DNA of 64,000 nt from Pseudomonadota bacterium (lineage in GTDB: Bacteria; Pseudomonadota; Alphaproteobacteria; Rhizobiales; JANQQB01): the NCBI GenBank assembly GCA_038745065.1, contig JBCDLT010000007.1:11320-75319 (forward strand), given 5' to 3'. The translations under genes and the position numbers were made by a program. Below the pieces are notes generated by a model, which worked only from the letters and a program-made list of their open reading frames with translations, was not told the DNA's origin and ran no database searches. This document shows, piece by piece, positions 60,122 through 64,000 of this stretch. Every line of letters begins with the position of its first letter. Positions within the stretch are counted from its first letter, which is position 1.

Positions 60122-60548
60122 GATCAGACGTCGCCTGAAGGCCGCGCCCCATGCCGTTTATGCCGCCTGGACCCAGCCGGAAATCATCGCGCGCTGGTGG
60201 GGGCCGGAGGGCTTGCATCTCGGCGTTTCCAGCTTCGATTTTTCCGAGGGCGGTCATTGGCGCACCGAAATGTGCGGTTCCGAAGGACAGTCGCATATCG
60301 TTGCCGGCATCTACCGCGAGCTCGACCCGCCCCGGCGCCTCGTCACGACCTGGGCCTGGGAGACAGACGGAGTCGCGGGCCATGAGAGCCTTTTGACGGT
60401 GACTTTCGAGCCGACCGGCGACGGCACCCTTCTGACGCTGGTGCACGAAAACCTGCCGGACGAAGCCACCGCCAAGTCGCACGAAGGGGGCTGGACGTCC
60501 TCCCTCAATTGCCTCGAAGCCCTCTGGGTCGAAGCCGCATCAACCTAG
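60099..60548 (+). CDS. SRPBCC (AHSA1/Aha1-like) domain protein
   Basis: The ATG at 60099 has AAGGAAAGGA upstream and overlaps the arsR 3' end. VYAAWTQPEIIARWWGPEG...THE.LP......HE.GW is typical. Confidence 0.8.
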   Translation: MTPPPRLEIRRRLKAAPHAVYAAWTQPEIIARWWGPEGLHLGVSSFDFSEGGHWRTEMCGSEGQSHIVAGIYRELDPPRRLVTTWAWETDGVAGHESLLTVTFEPTGDGTLLTLVHENLPDEATAKSHEGGWTSSLNCLEALWVEAAST

Positions 60549-60562
60549 AATGGGAGACGACA

Positions 60563-61243
60563 ATGCAGACCCGCCTGCCCCATCCGCTTCCGAACGAGAC
60601 CGAGGAATACCGCGCCGCGAGGAATGCGCTGCTCGACGCCGAAGCCGAACTGCGCGCTGCCGTCGAGGCGGTCGCGGAAAAGCGGCGCTCCCTGCCGCCC
60701 GGCGGCGCGATCCCGGAGGATTATGCCTTTACCGAGTGGCACGACGACGGCCCGCGCACGACACGCCTGTCCGACCTGTTTGCGCCCGGCAAGGACAGCC
60801 TGATCCTCTACAGCTACATGTACGGCCCGCAAAACGAGGCGCCCTGCCCGGCCTGTACCTCGCTGCTCGACGGCTGGAACGGCATCGCCCCGCATGTCCG
60901 CGCCCGCGTCAACCTTGCCATCGTCGTCGGTTCGCCGGTCGAGCGCCTGCGCGACATTGCCAGGCAGCGCAACTGGACCGGCTTCCGCCTGCTCTCGGCA
61001 ATGGAAACCACCTACAATGCCGACTACATGGGCGAGAACCCTGACGGCGATCCGGTGCCCATGTGCACCGTCTTCCAGCGCACCGGCGATAGCATCAGAC
61101 ATTTCTGGAGTTCCGAATTGCTGTTCGCCGAGGCACCCGGTCATCCACGGCACATGGACCAGACCTGGCCGTTGTGGAACATGCTCGACCTTGTGCCGGA
61201 GGGCCGCGGCAGCGATTGGGGGCCGCGCCTCAACTACGATTGA
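60563..61243 (+). CDS. DUF899 (thioredoxin-like) domain protein
   Basis: The ATG at 60563 has GGGAGA upstream. EYRAARNALLDAEAELR, LILYSYMYGP, CP.CTS..DG and FRLLS are DUF899 signatures. Confidence 0.8.
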   Translation: MQTRLPHPLPNETEEYRAARNALLDAEAELRAAVEAVAEKRRSLPPGGAIPEDYAFTEWHDDGPRTTRLSDLFAPGKDSLILYSYMYGPQNEAPCPACTSLLDGWNGIAPHVRARVNLAIVVGSPVERLRDIARQRNWTGFRLLSAMETTYNADYMGENPDGDPVPMCTVFQRTGDSIRHFWSSELLFAEAPGHPRHMDQTWPLWNMLDLVPEGRGSDWGPRLNYD

Positions 61244-61372
61244 TACCAAGCCGGCGCCTCCATCGCCATGGTGTTAGCCGATCCTTGATTTTATACCGCC
61301 GGCCGCCCACAACGGGCGCGAGCGGGGAGCCGCCCGAGTTTCGGATGGCTCCCCGCTTGGGGGTGCTGACAC

Positions 61373-62110
61373 ATGCCATTCATCGGGGGCGTCGAAATCC
61401 TGATCGTCATCGGCGCGGTGCTGGGCGGCTTCGTGTCCGGTCTGACCGGGTTCGGGACCGGCATCACGGCTCTGCCGGTCTGGCTTTATGCGGTGTCGCC
61501 GGCGCTCGCCGCCCCGTTGGTCGTCGTCTGCTCGCTCGCCGCCCAGCTTCAGACCATCCATCGCATTCGTCACGCCATCGATTGGCGCCGCATCCTCCCC
61601 TTCATCGCGGGCGGCGCACTCGGCGTGCCGATCGGCACGGCCATTCTCCCGCTGGTCGAGGTCGAGCCGTTCCGACGCTTCGTCGGCCTGCTCCTGATTA
61701 CGTATTGCGTGGCCCTCATCGCAACGCGTACCGGCACAATGCGCCTTGCTGCCGGGCGTTTCGCCGACGGCTGTGTCGGCCTTGCCGGCGGTGTGCTCGG
61801 CGGGCTCGCGGGCCTGTCCGGCATCCCGCCGATCCTTTGGTCCCGCTTCCGATCCTGGGACAAGGATGCGCAACGCAGCCTTTTTCAAGTCTTCAACCTG
61901 ACGATCCTAGCCCTGTCCGGCGTGTCGATGGCTGTCGCCGGTTTTGTCACGGGCGACCTGGTCCTATTGGCGCTCGTCGCCCTGCCCGGCACGATCCTCG
62001 GCGCTTTCATCGGCCGGCGTCTTTACGACCGGCTAGAGACCGACAGGTTCAACACCATCGTGCTCGCCCTGCTCGGCATCGCCGGACTGACGCTCGTTCT
62101 CAATCCCTGA
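61373..62110 (+). CDS. TauE/SafE family sulfite exporter-like membrane protein
   Basis: It has 7-8 TM helices, with GFVSGLTGFGTGI and GGVLGGLAGLSG repeats. Confidence 0.82.
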   Translation: MPFIGGVEILIVIGAVLGGFVSGLTGFGTGITALPVWLYAVSPALAAPLVVVCSLAAQLQTIHRIRHAIDWRRILPFIAGGALGVPIGTAILPLVEVEPFRRFVGLLLITYCVALIATRTGTMRLAAGRFADGCVGLAGGVLGGLAGLSGIPPILWSRFRSWDKDAQRSLFQVFNLTILALSGVSMAVAGFVTGDLVLLALVALPGTILGAFIGRRLYDRLETDRFNTIVLALLGIAGLTLVLNP

Positions 62111-62525
62111 GCCAGGATGGTTCGCGGATTCGTTGGTATGAATCATCGAGCCGACCGAACGGAAACGGGCGCGCCTTCCGGCGCGCCCGATAACGGCAGA
62201 CCCCCTTTGTGGTTTTCGTTCGGCCCTGCCTTGTCCTGTATTCTCGCTACCGCCGATATCCCGGAAAACCGCGCGCTCGCGCCCGTTTCCCTTGCCGGCT
62301 CGAATTCCGATGCCGTGTTAACTCTTTGAAAACCAAATGAACGATCGGAGCCTCTCCGCCCCGGCCGATCACACTTTGGACACAAAAAAACCTAGGACGC
62401 GCCGGATTGGATACCTACATGCCTTCTGGGAGCGAACCAAAGATCCGATCGGGACACGCTCGGGGAGACAGGACATGGTCGGCACGCGGGAACGCAACTC
62501 CGAGCCTCAACCATCGGGGCACGGG

Positions 62526-63008
62526 ATGGCGAACAAAAGGCCCAAACGCGGCAAAACTGAGATTTGCACGCTGTTTTTGGCGGGCATGCTGGCACTCGCC
62601 GCCCCCGCTGCCGCAACCGCCGAAGCGATTCAAGGGACGCCGGCGCCGACGGACGGCACTTTTTGGCCGGTCTACAGTGTTGCCGACACAGCGCCGCTCG
62701 ATCATCTCGCCCCCTACCGGTCCGAGAAAAGCCAGGCCGTCGACACCGTGACAAAGCCCTCTGTCATGGCCGCCAACGCCAATGTCCGCTGGTACGCCGC
62801 GACGATACGCGGCGCCGGCTCGCAAGCGGCCAATCCTGCCGCCCACGTGACCGTCAAGGTCGGCAATCCGTCCGGCACCGGGTCCATGCTCCTTGCCTTC
62901 GCCATCGCCCTCTTCACCATCAGCGCCTCCGGCGTGATGCTGATGTGGAAACAGGTGGCGCAGCCGCAGCGGTCCGACCGGCCGGGTTGGGAGAAGTGGC
63001 AGAGATAG
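62526..63008 (+). CDS. Hypothetical protein with a signal peptide and a C-terminal TM anchor
   Basis: The start is taken at ATG 62526 (MANKRPKRGKTEICTLFLAGMLALAAPAAATAEA). A C-terminal helix MLLAFAIALFTISASGVMLMW is followed by a charged tail. No family is recognised. Confidence 0.4.
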   Translation: MANKRPKRGKTEICTLFLAGMLALAAPAAATAEAIQGTPAPTDGTFWPVYSVADTAPLDHLAPYRSEKSQAVDTVTKPSVMAANANVRWYAATIRGAGSQAANPAAHVTVKVGNPSGTGSMLLAFAIALFTISASGVMLMWKQVAQPQRSDRPGWEKWQR

Positions 63009-63415
63009 GCTACGGCTGCATTAGAAAGAGCAGTCCCTTTCGGCTAAGGCTCACCATCCGATAAAGGGTCGCCACACCCGTTTATTCGCCCTGGCTCGAT
63101 GTACGGACCCTCATGTGCAGGGGCTTATCTCCTGGGATCCCAAGCAGCGTGACATCCGCCGAATAGGCCCGATCACAATCAGACACCGTTCCCACGCATT
63201 CATCCGGTGTTCTGCCTGGCCCGATAGCAGCGGCGCTTGGCTTCACAGCTCTTGAACTGGATCGTTGTTTCCGCACCACAGTATTTCGGCGCCACACGGA
63301 CAAATTTCCGCATTTCGTCGCATTGCTGACGCCTGATTTGACTGTTGTCGCGTGCTCGCCACTGTTTTATTACACGAAGTCAGTTAGATTTTTTTCAGAT
63401 ACTTAGAGTAGAAGT

Positions 63416-63883
63416 ATGGCGAAACTCGACCAAATCATTGACGATCCCTCCATTACGCCTGTGATCTTCAACCTGCATGCAGCGGTCGGCCAAGGTTTCG
63501 CGCGCAATCTGCCTGAGGATGTTCTTCTCATCCAGACCTATCTCAGTTTCCTGAGCACAATGACATCGGACACCGAGTTGAAGAAAGCTGCGTCAGGCAT
63601 CAGGATCACGGGCGTCATGGACACCGCAACGCAGGATTCCATTCTGGTCTATCAGACCAGGATGCACGGCAAGGGACTTGGTGCCCGCCCCGACGGAAAG
63701 GTGAGCCCGACAAATCGGGCACGCTATGGGAGTTACTGGTTCACGCTGCCGATGATGAGCATAACCGTGAGGAAATATTGCCCGCATGTCTGGCCGAGAA
63801 TTGACAAGATCCCCGGTGCCCAGGTGGCGATCAGCCAGCTTGTCGAGCGTGAACTGACCGGCAAATCGACAACGACGGTGTAG
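63416..63883 (+). CDS. Hypothetical protein with a possible peptidoglycan-binding-like segment
   Basis: This 155-aa ORF lies in a lower-GC stretch behind an AT-rich upstream region. VLLIQTYLSFL...ITGVMDTATQDSILVYQ loosely resembles a PG_binding_1 helix pair. The call is weak. Confidence 0.45.
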   Translation: MAKLDQIIDDPSITPVIFNLHAAVGQGFARNLPEDVLLIQTYLSFLSTMTSDTELKKAASGIRITGVMDTATQDSILVYQTRMHGKGLGARPDGKVSPTNRARYGSYWFTLPMMSITVRKYCPHVWPRIDKIPGAQVAISQLVERELTGKSTTTV

Positions 63884-64000
63884 GGCGCCAGCCTGCCATG
63901 TCCGCCGGTCAGGTACGGGACTCCGCAAGGACCGGCGCTGCTCGCCGCCCGGCATGTTGGCGCAGATAAACAAAGCTCTCGATCGTTGGGCCTTGCGGCG

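Noticed and set aside
63200-63313. 37-aa basic Cys-containing minus-strand ORF (MRKFVRVAPKYCGAETTIQFKSCEAKRRCYRARQNTG)
   Set aside because: It has no Shine-Dalgarno and I recognise no homology. It is too short to distinguish from chance without conservation or Ribo-seq data.

Overview
This is a high-GC chromosomal segment. It is probably alphaproteobacterial, inferred from gene content: DUF992, DUF1127 and DUF1194 proteins, TAXI and DctP-type TRAP components, and a TTAA-N7-TTAAC box. I support about 60 protein-coding genes and found no rRNA, tRNA, CRISPR array, IS element, transposase or integrase.

Main blocks, left to right:
- (1) A frameshifted SDR gene.
- (2) A sharply low-GC islet of about 3.6 kb (1447-5093), bounded by a 73-bp direct repeat that duplicates the 3' end of an alpha/beta-hydrolase gene. 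It carries five orphan membrane or secreted ORFs, including a secreted protein followed by two tandem paralogous 4-TM proteins. This is the best candidate for something undescribed.
- (3) Regulators and a small beta/gamma-crystallin-like secreted protein.
- (4) A TPP-riboswitch-controlled thiM-thiE-thiD operon that ends in an orphan Tat-signal DctP-type TRAP binding protein.
- (5) DMT transporters, a TetR regulator, a lone molybdo-hydroxylase large subunit and a TAXI-TRAP system.
- (6) A long coiled-coil protein with a CtrA-type box, and an orphan PAAR protein.
- (7) Acyl-CoA ligase, a LysR/DUF1127 pair and AraC/TetR regulators.
- (8) A large methylated-amine catabolic cluster: soxBDAG, fhs, a GlxA-type regulator, an MTHFR-like gene, a dimethylglycine-dehydrogenase-like gene, a PotABCD-like ABC importer, DUF1194 and creatinase. 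It is interrupted by an RTX/serralysin-like metalloprotease with two tandem C-terminal repeats.
- (9) DJ-1, MFS, msrP without msrQ, an EF-G paralogue, DUF992, a polysaccharide-lyase-like protein, aspartate aminotransferase, an ArsR-SRPBCC-DUF899 cluster and TauE.
- (10) A second drop in GC at the right edge.

An orphan plus-strand intrinsic terminator between two minus-strand genes (53242-53269) suggests an unannotated sRNA.

All family calls come from reading motifs by eye. No database search was possible. Many long ORFs in the supplied track are antisense artefacts of the GC-rich composition and were rejected.
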